Source: a virus (taxonomy: Duplodnaviria > Caudoviricetes). Taken from it: 62,944 nucleotides of DNA. The notes below the pieces were generated by a model, which searched no databases, was not told the origin of the DNA, and was given only the letters and a program-made list of their open reading frames with translations. The first letter of the stretch is position 1; each line of letters starts with the position of its first letter. The stretch is taken from positions 1-62,944 of the IMG/VR virus record IMGVR_UViG_3300025889_000118. The stretch is one strand, 5' to 3'. Of the stretch, positions 16,091-25,585 are shown piece after piece. A program made the translations under genes and the position numbers.

Positions 16091-16648
16091 ATGAGAAAAG
16101 TATTAGTTATTGGAGCAGGGGGAATTGGAAGTTTTCTAATTCCTCTTTTAGATAAAGTAGGATTGTATGATATTACAGTTGCAGACCCCGATAAAGTAGA
16201 AACTAAGAATCTATCATATCAAAACTTTAGAGAGGGTGATGTTAATTTATACAAAGTAGGTAGTATGAAGGCTCGATTTAATAGTGTTAAATTGATTAGT
16301 AAATATCCTATCCTAACTGAAAAACAAATGCAAGGATATGACTTGGTTATTTGTTGTGTAGATAATATTGGTCTTAGAAGAACCTTATACAACACAAGTG
16401 TTAAATGGCTTGATTTGAGGGCTCAAGGTAGAAACGCAGCACTTGTGAGTCATAACGCAGACCCTAAGATGTATGATACGCTATTAGCAGGAGAAGAAGG
16501 TTCATTCAGTTGTCAAGGAGATTCTTGGGATGGTTCAAATAAAGGAGTTCATTTTATGCAAGTAGCAATTGCTGGATTAGGGGCTCAATGGATTCAAAGA
16601 TGGTTTAACGGTGAAGAAGTTAAAGAATATACAGTTATCAATATGTGA
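16091..16648 (+). CDS. ThiF/MoeB/E1-like activating enzyme
   Basis: VIGAGGIGS, DPDKVETKNLSYQ, DLVICCVDN; candidate catalytic Cys in SFSCQ. Confidence 0.9.
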   Translation: MRKVLVIGAGGIGSFLIPLLDKVGLYDITVADPDKVETKNLSYQNFREGDVNLYKVGSMKARFNSVKLISKYPILTEKQMQGYDLVICCVDNIGLRRTLYNTSVKWLDLRAQGRNAALVSHNADPKMYDTLLAGEEGSFSCQGDSWDGSNKGVHFMQVAIAGLGAQWIQRWFNGEEVKEYTVINM

Positions 16649-16653
16649 TTATT

Positions 16654-16866
16654 ATGAAATATACAGAAGAAGATATTGGAATGGTTTTAGATATTGATAC
16701 AGATAACGGTTCATCTTATGATGAAAGAATAGTATTGGTGTATTGCCAAGTATGTAGTTCAAGATTTATTGGCCCAATTAAAGAGGCAGGAGGATTTCTT
16801 GCAAGACATGAATTCTTTCATACTTGGGAATTTAAAATGGAAATGCAAACAGAATTGGAGGCTTAA
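16654..16866 (+). CDS. C2H2-like Zn-finger protein
   Basis: CQVC...HEFFH. Confidence 0.65.
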   Translation: MKYTEEDIGMVLDIDTDNGSSYDERIVLVYCQVCSSRFIGPIKEAGGFLARHEFFHTWEFKMEMQTELEA

Positions 16867-16868
16867 TT

Positions 16869-17177
16869 ATGAGTAAAAAATGGAATAAAGAAAAAGAATT
16901 AGATTTGTTAGTTAATTTTTATGAGTTGTCTATTGATGAAGCAAGGGAAAGATACGATGCTTCATACAAGACAATTGCAGGAAGATTAGAACAATTATTT
17001 GATGCAACAGAACCCGAACAGATAGCACTACTTATGGAGGCTTCTGAGGAGGTAAAAAGGCGTAAGGGTGTATCGCTTAATAGCACCCCAAAAAGTCGCA
17101 AGGAGCAACGCTTATTGCGTAAAATAAACAAATTACAGAACAAGTTAGAAGAATTAAGGAGAGATAATAATGAGTAG
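16869..17177 (+). CDS. Possible HTH/Myb-like plus coiled-coil protein
   Basis: KWNKEKELDLL...ARERYDASYKTIAGRL. Confidence 0.65.
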   Translation: MSKKWNKEKELDLLVNFYELSIDEARERYDASYKTIAGRLEQLFDATEPEQIALLMEASEEVKRRKGVSLNSTPKSRKEQRLLRKINKLQNKLEELRRDNNE

Positions 17178-17775
17178 AAGTGGAGATTGGTTTATTAGAA
17201 CCTATGGAGATGATATATTTGATGATTCGGAATATGAGATTTGGAGAGCAGAAAAAGAAATAGATTTGTTAGAAAAGAGACAAGAAGCGGAAGAGTATAT
17301 TCTACGCTCTTTTGTGAAAATTTCAGAAGAAACTGCTAATAGTTGTGGAGGAAATTTTGAAGACATTGAAGATATTGCTCAACACGATTTAGAATTCCAT
17401 GAAGCCATTTGGTATGCTTCTACACAAATACTGCCCGAACTCGAAGTTCAAGTTGTTATTGACGGCAAAAATAATTGTTTTGTCACAACAGGTTCAGCAG
17501 GTTATGTAGAATTTGGAATGAGGCCACCAATCGGAATGACACTACCGATTAGATGTTGGATTCATACTCATCCTTTTGGTAGTGCTTATTTTAGTGGAAC
17601 AGATATTAGAACTGTTTCTATTTGGGAACCTAATATGGAATGTGCTTATGTTCTTGGTGGAATAGGTCATTCGGGTTTTTGGTCTAATAGAAACCCTAAA
17701 CAATTAGAAATTTTCAGAAACAATGAATATGAAAGAACTCAAACATGGGGGATAACAGATGATAGCGAAGAATAA
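17170..17775 (+). CDS. JAB/MPN+ metallopeptidase (Ubl processing)
   Basis: E...WIHTHPFGSAYFSGTD matches JAMM HxH-x7-S-x2-D. Confidence 0.9.
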   Translation: MSRSGDWFIRTYGDDIFDDSEYEIWRAEKEIDLLEKRQEAEEYILRSFVKISEETANSCGGNFEDIEDIAQHDLEFHEAIWYASTQILPELEVQVVIDGKNNCFVTTGSAGYVEFGMRPPIGMTLPIRCWIHTHPFGSAYFSGTDIRTVSIWEPNMECAYVLGGIGHSGFWSNRNPKQLEIFRNNEYERTQTWGITDDSEE

Positions 17776-17980
17776 TTATGTAATTGTAGAACAAGAAACA
17801 CAGGGTAGTGGTTTAATTACCATGAAAGAAAATAATGTTGGAAGAGTAGTATCTTGTGCTATTGAGCCTGAACTTGAAGGCAAAGTAGTAATCTTTTCTA
17901 CGGCTAAAGCCATTCAAGAATATGACGGGTTCAAATTTGTGCCTCACGAATTCATTATGGCCGTTATGGAGGAACAGTAA
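17759..17980 (+). CDS. groES: GroES-like co-chaperonin
   Basis: NYVIVE...SGLI...GRVVS...IMAVME; upstream of GroEL. Confidence 0.7.
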   Translation: MIAKNNYVIVEQETQGSGLITMKENNVGRVVSCAIEPELEGKVVIFSTAKAIQEYDGFKFVPHEFIMAVMEEQ

Positions 17981-18058
17981 TGTGTGGAGCAATACCAGTT
18001 CCTTGTGAATATTGTGGTAAGTATTGGAGAATAAAGAAATTATGCGAGTGTGATAAAA

Positions 18059-18274
18059 ATGAATGATATAGAAAGATATGAAGAATTACTTAGTGAAATG
18101 ATTAATCTCACCGAAAATGGAGATTATTTTAGAGAAGAAATTAATGATAGGCTCTTAATTGGGGAATTGGAGTTTTTACTTAATGTTATTAAAATGATGT
18201 TAAGCAGTATTCCCGAAAAGAAAAGAGCATATGATTTATGGAAAGGCTATCAAACAAGGTTGGTGGAAGAATGA
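18059..18274 (+). CDS. Hypothetical protein
   Basis: ORF within the operon. Confidence 0.6.
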   Translation: MNDIERYEELLSEMINLTENGDYFREEINDRLLIGELEFLLNVIKMMLSSIPEKKRAYDLWKGYQTRLVEE

Positions 18275-18407
18275 AAGGTTTTTCTACTTTTAAAGGCAAA
18301 AGACAATGCAATAATTGTGGAATTATCAAATATCAAGTTGGTAGAAATCACGAATACAAGGTTGATGGCGTTAGAACTTATTGTGGATATATGAGGTTGG
18401 TGAAAGA

Positions 18408-19898
18408 ATGATTATACAAGGAAAAGAAGTTAAAGAAAAATTACTAAAAGGAATTAATTTAGTGGCTGATACGGTTAAGCCGACATTAGGCCCACAAGCA
18501 AAGACAGTCATATTGCAGAATAACCCGCCTATTATTGTTAATGATGGTGTGACTATTACAAAACATATTTCCCATGAAGACCCTTATGTTCAAATGGGAA
18601 TTCAAATGGTTCAAAACTTAGCAAGTAAAGCCCAAGATAGTTCGGGAGATGGAACAACAACTGCTTGTGTTTTAGCCCAAGCACTTTGTAATGCTATGTT
18701 TGAAAGAATCAATAATGTTATGACTACTCATGAAGTATATCATACTCTTGAGCAGTTTAAATCAGACATGATAGAGAAATTAGATGAACTTTCTAATGAA
18801 GTGGGGGATGAAGATATAATTAATGTGGCTACAATAGCAGCAAATAATGATTATTCTCTTGGTAATCTAATTAATGAGGCTATTAATAAAGTAGGTAGAG
18901 AAGGAATTATTACAGTAGAAGAGTCTAACTCTCATCTAACCTCTTTGGTTTTAAGAGAAGGAATGCAACTAACAGAAGGCTACATTAGTCATTTAATGGT
19001 AAATACAGAAGATGGTAAAACTGTATATCAAAAACCATTGATATTTATGTCTAATTTATCTTTTAGGAACTTTAAGGATTTAATGCCCATGTTAGAATTT
19101 GCCGCCACCAACAATAGACCCCTATTGATTTTCTGTAAAGGAATGGATGGTTCAGCACTGAATAACTTGTTGATGAATGTAATGAATAAGACTGTTGAAT
19201 GTGTTGTGTGTCTCGCTCCTAATTTTGGCGACCAACAATTAGATGAGTTAGGAGACATACAGGCTAAGGTTGGCGGAACTATTTTTACAACAGAAAGTAA
19301 AGATGACCCAACTTCTTTTGTGGAAACAGACTTTGGAACTTGTGAAAGCGTTATTGTCTCAAAAGAAAGAACCATTATTGTTGGAGCAGAAGGCGACACT
19401 ACTGATAGAATCAATTCGCTAAAAGGAATGCTTGAACATATGGAAGGTTTTGAATCAGCAAGGGTTAAATCAAGAATTGCGAGACTAAAGGGGGGAGTTG
19501 CAACAATTAAAGTTGGAGCCTCTTCTTCTATGGAAATGTTAGAGAAGAAAGAAAGACTCGATGATGCTCTAAATGCTACAAGAGCCGCCTTATCAGAAGG
19601 TATTGTAGCAGGAGGAGGATTGGCATTAATGGAATGTAGTAGGCAAATAAATGCTCCTAATTGGCTAACACAACCAATGCAAGCCCCATACAGAACATTA
19701 TTTGAAAATAGTAATGCTCCTTACAAGAGTTATACTGAATATCCTATTGGCTCTAACGCTCTCACAGGAGATATTTCTAATTTAGAAGTAATGGGCGTAT
19801 TTGACCCAGTTAAAGTTACTAAGAATAGTTTCTTAGCCGCCATGTCAATTGCCCAGTTGTTTTATTCAACAGATGTAGCAGTATTAGTGGAGGAATGA
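18408..19898 (+). CDS. groEL: Group I chaperonin GroEL
   Basis: TLGP, NDGVT, GDGTTT, EKKERLDDALNATRAA, GGG, DPVKV. Confidence 0.95.
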   Translation: MIIQGKEVKEKLLKGINLVADTVKPTLGPQAKTVILQNNPPIIVNDGVTITKHISHEDPYVQMGIQMVQNLASKAQDSSGDGTTTACVLAQALCNAMFERINNVMTTHEVYHTLEQFKSDMIEKLDELSNEVGDEDIINVATIAANNDYSLGNLINEAINKVGREGIITVEESNSHLTSLVLREGMQLTEGYISHLMVNTEDGKTVYQKPLIFMSNLSFRNFKDLMPMLEFAATNNRPLLIFCKGMDGSALNNLLMNVMNKTVECVVCLAPNFGDQQLDELGDIQAKVGGTIFTTESKDDPTSFVETDFGTCESVIVSKERTIIVGAEGDTTDRINSLKGMLEHMEGFESARVKSRIARLKGGVATIKVGASSSMEMLEKKERLDDALNATRAALSEGIVAGGGLALMECSRQINAPNWLTQPMQAPYRTLFENSNAPYKSYTEYPIGSNALTGDISNLEVMGVFDPVKVTKNSFLAAMSIAQLFYSTDVAVLVEE

Positions 19899-20194
19899 AT
19901 ATGTTTGACGATAAAACAATTGTAAGAATGACTATTGTTTATGAAGATGGTTCTATGACCATACTAAAAAAAGAAAAAGATGGTCGTCTTAGCGTAGAGA
20001 GGAGAGAGAAATGATATGTCCGATTTGTGAAGAAGTAGTAATGCTTCCTTATGAAGCAAGAAGATGGGGAAACTGCATTAAGTGTGCAAGAGAGGAGGAA
20101 TAAGTATGGAATGTAGCATATGTCTTAGAAGTATGCTAAGAGAACATCTTATTGATGGAGACTTTTGTGTTGATTGTTATAAGGAGGAAGAATA

Positions 20195-20590
20195 GTGAAA
20201 AAAGCCGTAACAGTGACTTTACCTGCTCCTCATAAAGCACAGATTAAATGTCCTATTTGTGAAGGAAACAAATGTAATGTTTGTAAAATGACAGGTAATA
20301 TTGCTATTGATGTAGCACCAAAAATACCTATTCAAAGAGCCCATATTATCAAGTATGTTGTTGATAACATACATGAAGTAGCAAATGAGATTACTAAAAA
20401 ATATGGATTAACACCCGAAATACATACTATTGAAGTTACAGAAATAAATAACGGTCAATTTGAAGTTGTTCAAGTATCTTCTTTGGGTGGGGCTTGTTGG
20501 GTAGTAAATCGTTTAGATGAATTAGATACACCAAGATATTTTACTTCAAGACAGGAACTTGAGAAATTTAAACAGGGGTGGTTTAATTGA
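20195..20590 (+). CDS. Hypothetical protein with DnaJ-like Zn motif
   Basis: CPICEG..CNVCKMTG. Confidence 0.7.
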   Translation: MKKAVTVTLPAPHKAQIKCPICEGNKCNVCKMTGNIAIDVAPKIPIQRAHIIKYVVDNIHEVANEITKKYGLTPEIHTIEVTEINNGQFEVVQVSSLGGACWVVNRLDELDTPRYFTSRQELEKFKQGWFN

Positions 20591-20784
20591 CAGAATTAGA
20601 AATAGTTGGCAGAATTGTAAGAAACTCTACTGATGAAGTTATTGTTAAAACGGGAACTTATTGGAATATAGAAGTAGTAGATATTAGATGGTTTAAGAAT
20701 AATAAACCAACAAAAGGAATTAGATTAAATAAAGAAGAAGCAAAATTATTGTTAGATATATTAAGGAGAGAATTAGATGACTAA
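20587..20784 (+). CDS. PC4/YdbC-like ssDNA-binding protein
   Basis: VDIRWF...KPTKGIRL signature. Confidence 0.75.
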   Translation: MTELEIVGRIVRNSTDEVIVKTGTYWNIEVVDIRWFKNNKPTKGIRLNKEEAKLLLDILRRELDD

Positions 20785-21055
20785 AGTATTAAAGAAACAC
20801 GCAGAAGCATTTCTAAGAGAGGCTTCTATTATTAATGGAAATAAAGGTAGAAGTATGAATTATGAAGCAGTTGGTTCTATGGCTCGTCATAGTGCGAGAA
20901 TAGTAGAACTTTTTGCATTATATGTAGAACGGTCTTTACCCGAAAAACACGGTAGAGGAAGCCGAATACAAAAACACCATGTAGAATTAGCATATCTGCG
21001 ATTCTACGAAGCCATTAGAGAATTTATGGATAATGAAGGAGAGGAAGAGGAATGA
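20777..21055 (+). CDS. Putative histone-fold protein 1
   Basis: RSMNYEAV, a long helix, then RIQKHHVELA; parallels archaeal histone RVSxDA...TIKxEDIELA. Confidence 0.55.
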   Translation: MTKVLKKHAEAFLREASIINGNKGRSMNYEAVGSMARHSARIVELFALYVERSLPEKHGRGSRIQKHHVELAYLRFYEAIREFMDNEGEEEE

Positions 21056-21414
21056 ATAAATTATATTTAATTACAACAAACAACAACAAGTTCAATGAAT
21101 GGGCTAAACAAAAGAAAAAGAAACTAAAAGGTGGGGCATTAGAACACTTTAACGGTGGTTATAATGAAGTTGCTAACGGCAATTATCTTGCAAGGGCTTC
21201 TTTTGTTTGTTATTGGGAAATATATTCTCAAGGTAGTTTAGCGAAACTTGCTCCCTCTATTACCCAAGCAACTATGATTCATATGCTTCATAGATTTATT
21301 GAAATGGATGCTACCGAAGAAGTAGAAATTGTAAGTATGATGATGCAGAATTTTTTGCGACTTCTAACTAAGTTAGATAAAAATGAAAACGGTGAGTCCA
21401 GTGAAGAAGAGTGA
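21052..21414 (+). CDS. Hypothetical protein
   Basis: Translationally coupled ORF. Confidence 0.75.
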   Translation: MNKLYLITTNNNKFNEWAKQKKKKLKGGALEHFNGGYNEVANGNYLARASFVCYWEIYSQGSLAKLAPSITQATMIHMLHRFIEMDATEEVEIVSMMMQNFLRLLTKLDKNENGESSEEE

Positions 21415-21530
21415 ATGGATTTACTTGGCAAGAAATATGTGGGCTTTTGCCGACACCAATGAGGGCAAACTTAGTCCTCTAATTAAAGAATTAATTTATT
21501 GTATAAATCAAAATATGGAAGTGATTGTAG

Positions 21531-23057
21531 ATGACTTGGGCGAGGATGAGTAGATTATTAGAATCAACAGATGGAATAGCCCCTACTCAACAAATAAATA
21601 GAATAGCAAGAGAATTAGAAAACTTTGATGCTCCTAATTTATTGAAGATTTTATCTCTTCAATATGAAGTTAATAACATTGGCTTAGTAAGAGCAAAAAA
21701 ATGGATGGCTAAAATATTCAATGTATTTGATGATGAAATAGATGGTTATGTAAATGCACATAATGATTTAGGAGAAGCGATATATTATTTGGATTTTTCA
21801 AAAGAAGAAGAAAGCACATTTACATTACAAGGAGTAGTTAGATTATTAGAAATAGATTGTTCTAAAATTGATTCTAACCAATTTAAATTGATTGAAGAAG
21901 CAATACTACATATGTCTCCTAACGAGAGAAGATGGTTTATTCGCTATTGGTTGAGAACTCCTCGAAATGGGATTAATGAAGGTTTAGTTGCTAAAATTAT
22001 GGCTAAACACTACGATAAGAAATTAGCAGAAGTCAAGAAACATTTGACTTTTAACAGCATTAGTATTGTAGCATCCCATTATGATATGAAAGAGAACCCA
22101 CCAACTAATTTATTTCATGGAACATTTGTTGCTCCTATGTTAGCAAAAGAAGTTCCTATGAAAAAGTGGCCGACCAATAAAATTGTAGATTACAAATATG
22201 ATGGCAATAGGTATCAGATTCACAAACAAGATGATAATGTTATTATCTTTAATAGAAAAGGAAAGGTAGTCACTTCTCAATTTCCCGATGTGGTTGAAGT
22301 TGTTAGAAACTATGAAATTAAAAGCGTTATTCTTGACGGAGAAATATATCCAATTGATAACTACGGTAATCCTATTGAACATAAACATATGGGAACAAGA
22401 GTTCATTCTAAAAATGTAGCAGAAGCCGTAGATAAAGTAAAAGTAAAGTGGGTTATTTTTGATTGTCTTAAACTAAACGATAGAACAATTATGGATTTAC
22501 CTTATGTTGATAGATTGGGGTCTTTCAAAGATTTACCCGACCAAGCACATAGAATGACAGAAGGAGAAGATGTATTAGCATTTTACAATAGAGCAATCAA
22601 TGATGGCTTTGAGGGAATTATTGTCAAAGACTCTTCTTTACCCTATGAAGCAGGTAAAAGAAGTATTGGGTGGGCTAAATATAAACCACCCCGAATTGAA
22701 TTAGATGTTGTTATTACAGGAGCAAGATACGGTGAAGGAGCAAAGGCAAATGTGTTTGCTTCTTTTGATATTGCCGTATCAAGCCCTAATGGTTTCATTG
22801 GAGTCGGTTCAGTAGGAACAGGATTTAGTGATGGGGATTTAATTAAACTAACAAATACTCTAAGAAGAAATGTTGAAAATTATGATAACAAAACCTATCA
22901 TGTTTCACCAGTGGTTGTTTTAGAAGTATCAGCAGACTTAGTAAGTAGAGACTCACAGGGAAACTTGGGATTAAGATTCCCAAGATGCAAAAGAATTCGT
23001 GATGATAAGTTTGTTGCAGACATTAACACCTTAGAAGATGTAGAGGCATTAGAATGA
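21531..23057 (+). CDS. lig: ATP-dependent DNA ligase
   Basis: KYDGNR, ILDGE, FEGIIVK, YEAGKR..WAKYK, LRFPR. Confidence 0.95.
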   Translation: MTWARMSRLLESTDGIAPTQQINRIARELENFDAPNLLKILSLQYEVNNIGLVRAKKWMAKIFNVFDDEIDGYVNAHNDLGEAIYYLDFSKEEESTFTLQGVVRLLEIDCSKIDSNQFKLIEEAILHMSPNERRWFIRYWLRTPRNGINEGLVAKIMAKHYDKKLAEVKKHLTFNSISIVASHYDMKENPPTNLFHGTFVAPMLAKEVPMKKWPTNKIVDYKYDGNRYQIHKQDDNVIIFNRKGKVVTSQFPDVVEVVRNYEIKSVILDGEIYPIDNYGNPIEHKHMGTRVHSKNVAEAVDKVKVKWVIFDCLKLNDRTIMDLPYVDRLGSFKDLPDQAHRMTEGEDVLAFYNRAINDGFEGIIVKDSSLPYEAGKRSIGWAKYKPPRIELDVVITGARYGEGAKANVFASFDIAVSSPNGFIGVGSVGTGFSDGDLIKLTNTLRRNVENYDNKTYHVSPVVVLEVSADLVSRDSQGNLGLRFPRCKRIRDDKFVADINTLEDVEALE

Positions 23058-23494
23058 TAGAACAAGGGCAACTTACAATGATAGGAAGTAATACTTACCG
23101 TTGCATAAAAGTAAAAGAAGGATATGCGTATTTGAAAAACATACTTCATGAGCAAGGTAGGGCAACTAAGGTAAAGGTAGAAGAATGCCCTTATATTGAA
23201 AATGATGTTCTAATAGTTCCCGAAAAGAAAGTAGAAAAGAAACCAAGAACAAGAAGCAAACTGAACCTCTCTAATCTTATGAAAGAGCATACTGATTTAC
23301 AAATATCTCGTTCAGCAAAGAACTTTTTGATGGAATGGGTTGAAACTGCTATTGCAAATCAAATTGCTTCTGCCGAGAGAAACGCTATAAGACTTGGGCA
23401 TGGTAGATTAACTGCGGCTCATTTCTATTGGCTTGAAACAAATCACGATGTCGAAGGCTATTGGAAAGAACATGAGGAATATATTAACGGGTGA
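23054..23494 (+). CDS. Histone-fold protein 2 with N-terminal beta domain and basic linker
   Basis: LSNLMKEHTDLQISRSAKNFLMEWVE...AERNAIRLGHGRLTAAHF. Confidence 0.65.
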   Translation: MIEQGQLTMIGSNTYRCIKVKEGYAYLKNILHEQGRATKVKVEECPYIENDVLIVPEKKVEKKPRTRSKLNLSNLMKEHTDLQISRSAKNFLMEWVETAIANQIASAERNAIRLGHGRLTAAHFYWLETNHDVEGYWKEHEEYING

Positions 23495-23498
23495 TTCT

Positions 23499-23894
23499 AT
23501 GGATTATAACTTTGAATATAAGATAGATTCTTTAGATAACTACATAAATACTCATAGTAAGACCTATTTGCACAAAGTTATGATATACGGAAAACCAACA
23601 GAAGAAGAACTTCATCTTCTAATAAGAGGAATAGCATTCATGATGCTTAAAACTAAACAGTTAGATTTAATCGCAACAACAGAAAAAGGTGGAATGGCGT
23701 TAGGTGTAGATTTTATTGGAGAAAAGGAAGCAGTAGCCTTTAATGGCTATCAAGGAACTCTTTTACAAATAATCCTATTAGATTCTAATAAAGAATTAGA
23801 TGAAACTATTCAGTTCTTACTTTGTGACGGGCTTGATTTTTTAAGATATAAATATGATTATTTAGGAATGTTTGAGCGTGTTTCAGATGTTTAG
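23499..23894 (+). CDS. Hypothetical protein
   Basis: GGTGA RBS. Confidence 0.7.
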   Translation: MDYNFEYKIDSLDNYINTHSKTYLHKVMIYGKPTEEELHLLIRGIAFMMLKTKQLDLIATTEKGGMALGVDFIGEKEAVAFNGYQGTLLQIILLDSNKELDETIQFLLCDGLDFLRYKYDYLGMFERVSDV

Positions 23895-24282
23895 TAAAGA
23901 TATGGTAATAGGAATTCTTTTGTCTTCTGCTAAAATGAATTTAAGTATTTCATTGAATGAAGAAGCCAAAATAGGATATAGTGTTAAGTTATCTTTAGAC
24001 ATAAGAGGTAAAAAAGAATTCTTAGTCGGACTACATCGTAGTCTAATTATGCAAGGAATAGAGAGTAATCTAAAAGATAAAGAACAATTATCAAGGCCAA
24101 AGCCTATATTAAAAATAACAGGAAAATATAATCTTTGGAAAGTCAAAGAATTAGTTCCTAACTTACCAGATTCAAATGGTGAGTGGAAAGATTTTGTAAG
24201 GTGCGTAGAATTAATGAATGAAAATAAACACCTAACTCTTGATGGGTTAGAAATAATAATGAAAATAAAGGGAGTATTATAA
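23887..24282 (+). CDS. Single-motif LAGLIDADG-like protein, catalytic motif degenerate
   Basis: C-terminal KHLTLDGLEIIMKIK typical of the family; N-terminal IGILLSSA lacks the acidic residues. Confidence 0.65.
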   Translation: MFSKDMVIGILLSSAKMNLSISLNEEAKIGYSVKLSLDIRGKKEFLVGLHRSLIMQGIESNLKDKEQLSRPKPILKITGKYNLWKVKELVPNLPDSNGEWKDFVRCVELMNENKHLTLDGLEIIMKIKGVL

Positions 24283-25151
24283 TGGGATTTACCAATCTAA
24301 AAACAATAAGACCAATTTTACTTACAGGAAAAACAGGAACAGGAAAATCAACAAAGGCTAAGACCTTTGTTAAAGACCCAGTTATCTTTTATGCTGATGA
24401 TATTAATTTTGATATTGGTTCAATACCAATTGACAACGGTATTATTATTGAAGATATACACATCAAGCCCGATAAAGAAAACATCTTATCTATTTTAAGA
24501 ACTTACAAAGGGCAAATTGTGATTACTTCGATAAATGAAAAGAGCGTTCCAAAAGAAATTAAAGCCATGTGCCAAATTAAGAGGGCAGGGTCTAAAAATT
24601 TCTTAGAAGAACAGATGAAAGAAATCGCACCGAGAAGTGAGAAGCCTTTCTCTTATGAAAGAGACACTTATTCTTTAGTGTATGAGTATCTTAAATCTAA
24701 AGATAGGGAATTAATTAGAGAATTATTACAATTCAATAAGCCATCAGATACTCAATTACTAACTTGGTTAGTAGAAAACATACACCCTAACAGGTTATTG
24801 TTTATTGATGGTAGAGTTCGTAGAAGGTGGAGTCAAGAATACTTTTACGATATGTTAGCCTATACCCACATGGGTAGTTTTAGTGGTAGATTAAATATGC
24901 CAAAACGAGGGCAATATAGTAAAATTCCTTCTTTAGCAAGAAGATTAGGAATTAAAAATGTAAATGTTCTTCATCAGTTGTTGAAGGATGATGAGTTTAG
25001 AAGTTGGGCTATGACCAAATTAAATAATGCAGAATGCCGCCTTCTAAAATTGGGTGAAAAAAGAAAAAGAAAGAAGTTAGACCCAATAAAAATACAACAA
25101 ACTTCTTTATTCCATTTTGGAGGAAATAAAAATGAAAACAGTAGAATATAA
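24282..25151 (+). CDS. Replication factor C large-subunit-like AAA+ protein
   Basis: LLTGKTGTGKST, IIIEDI; near the RFC small subunit. Confidence 0.7.
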   Translation: MGFTNLKTIRPILLTGKTGTGKSTKAKTFVKDPVIFYADDINFDIGSIPIDNGIIIEDIHIKPDKENILSILRTYKGQIVITSINEKSVPKEIKAMCQIKRAGSKNFLEEQMKEIAPRSEKPFSYERDTYSLVYEYLKSKDRELIRELLQFNKPSDTQLLTWLVENIHPNRLLFIDGRVRRRWSQEYFYDMLAYTHMGSFSGRLNMPKRGQYSKIPSLARRLGIKNVNVLHQLLKDDEFRSWAMTKLNNAECRLLKLGEKRKRKKLDPIKIQQTSLFHFGGNKNENSRI

Positions 25152-25455
25152 AACAATTAAAGGTTTTTTAAGAGAAGTAAAAATAACAACAGAAGAGACA
25201 ATAAAATTGAATACAGGCAAAAACAATTGGATAGATGCAGATTATATAGAATTGCTTTTACATCTCGATGAGGTTTGGAAAACCCCTCGAAAGATTTTGA
25301 AGTATCTAACTATTGATAAATCTCAAGCAGAAGTCTTAATGTTTCTAAGATTTTTAGTAGATTCGGGGCTTGTCGAAAGAAGAAAGATAAATAATAAACA
25401 TACTGAATATAGAAGAACCTTTTCTAACCCTAAACATTATTTTGGTGAGATATGA
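25132..25455 (+). CDS. Winged-helix-like DNA-binding protein
   Basis: LRFLVDSGLVERRK...TEYRR. Confidence 0.6.
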   Translation: MKTVEYKTIKGFLREVKITTEETIKLNTGKNNWIDADYIELLLHLDEVWKTPRKILKYLTIDKSQAEVLMFLRFLVDSGLVERRKINNKHTEYRRTFSNPKHYFGEI

Positions 25456-25585
25456 TGATAGAATGTAGTTGTAAAAGTATAAATGTAAATATAACAGAAG
25501 CAAAGTATAAAAAATCTTTACTTTGTTGTAAGTGTAGAGATTGTAGTAGGCTTTGGTATTACCAAACTTATACGGAGGAATGAAA

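Noticed and set aside
8163-21414. Many proteins ending in EE/EEE as a possible degron or targeting tag
   Set aside because: Explained by GGAGGAAGAA-type Shine-Dalgarno sequences of the next gene overlapping the last codons
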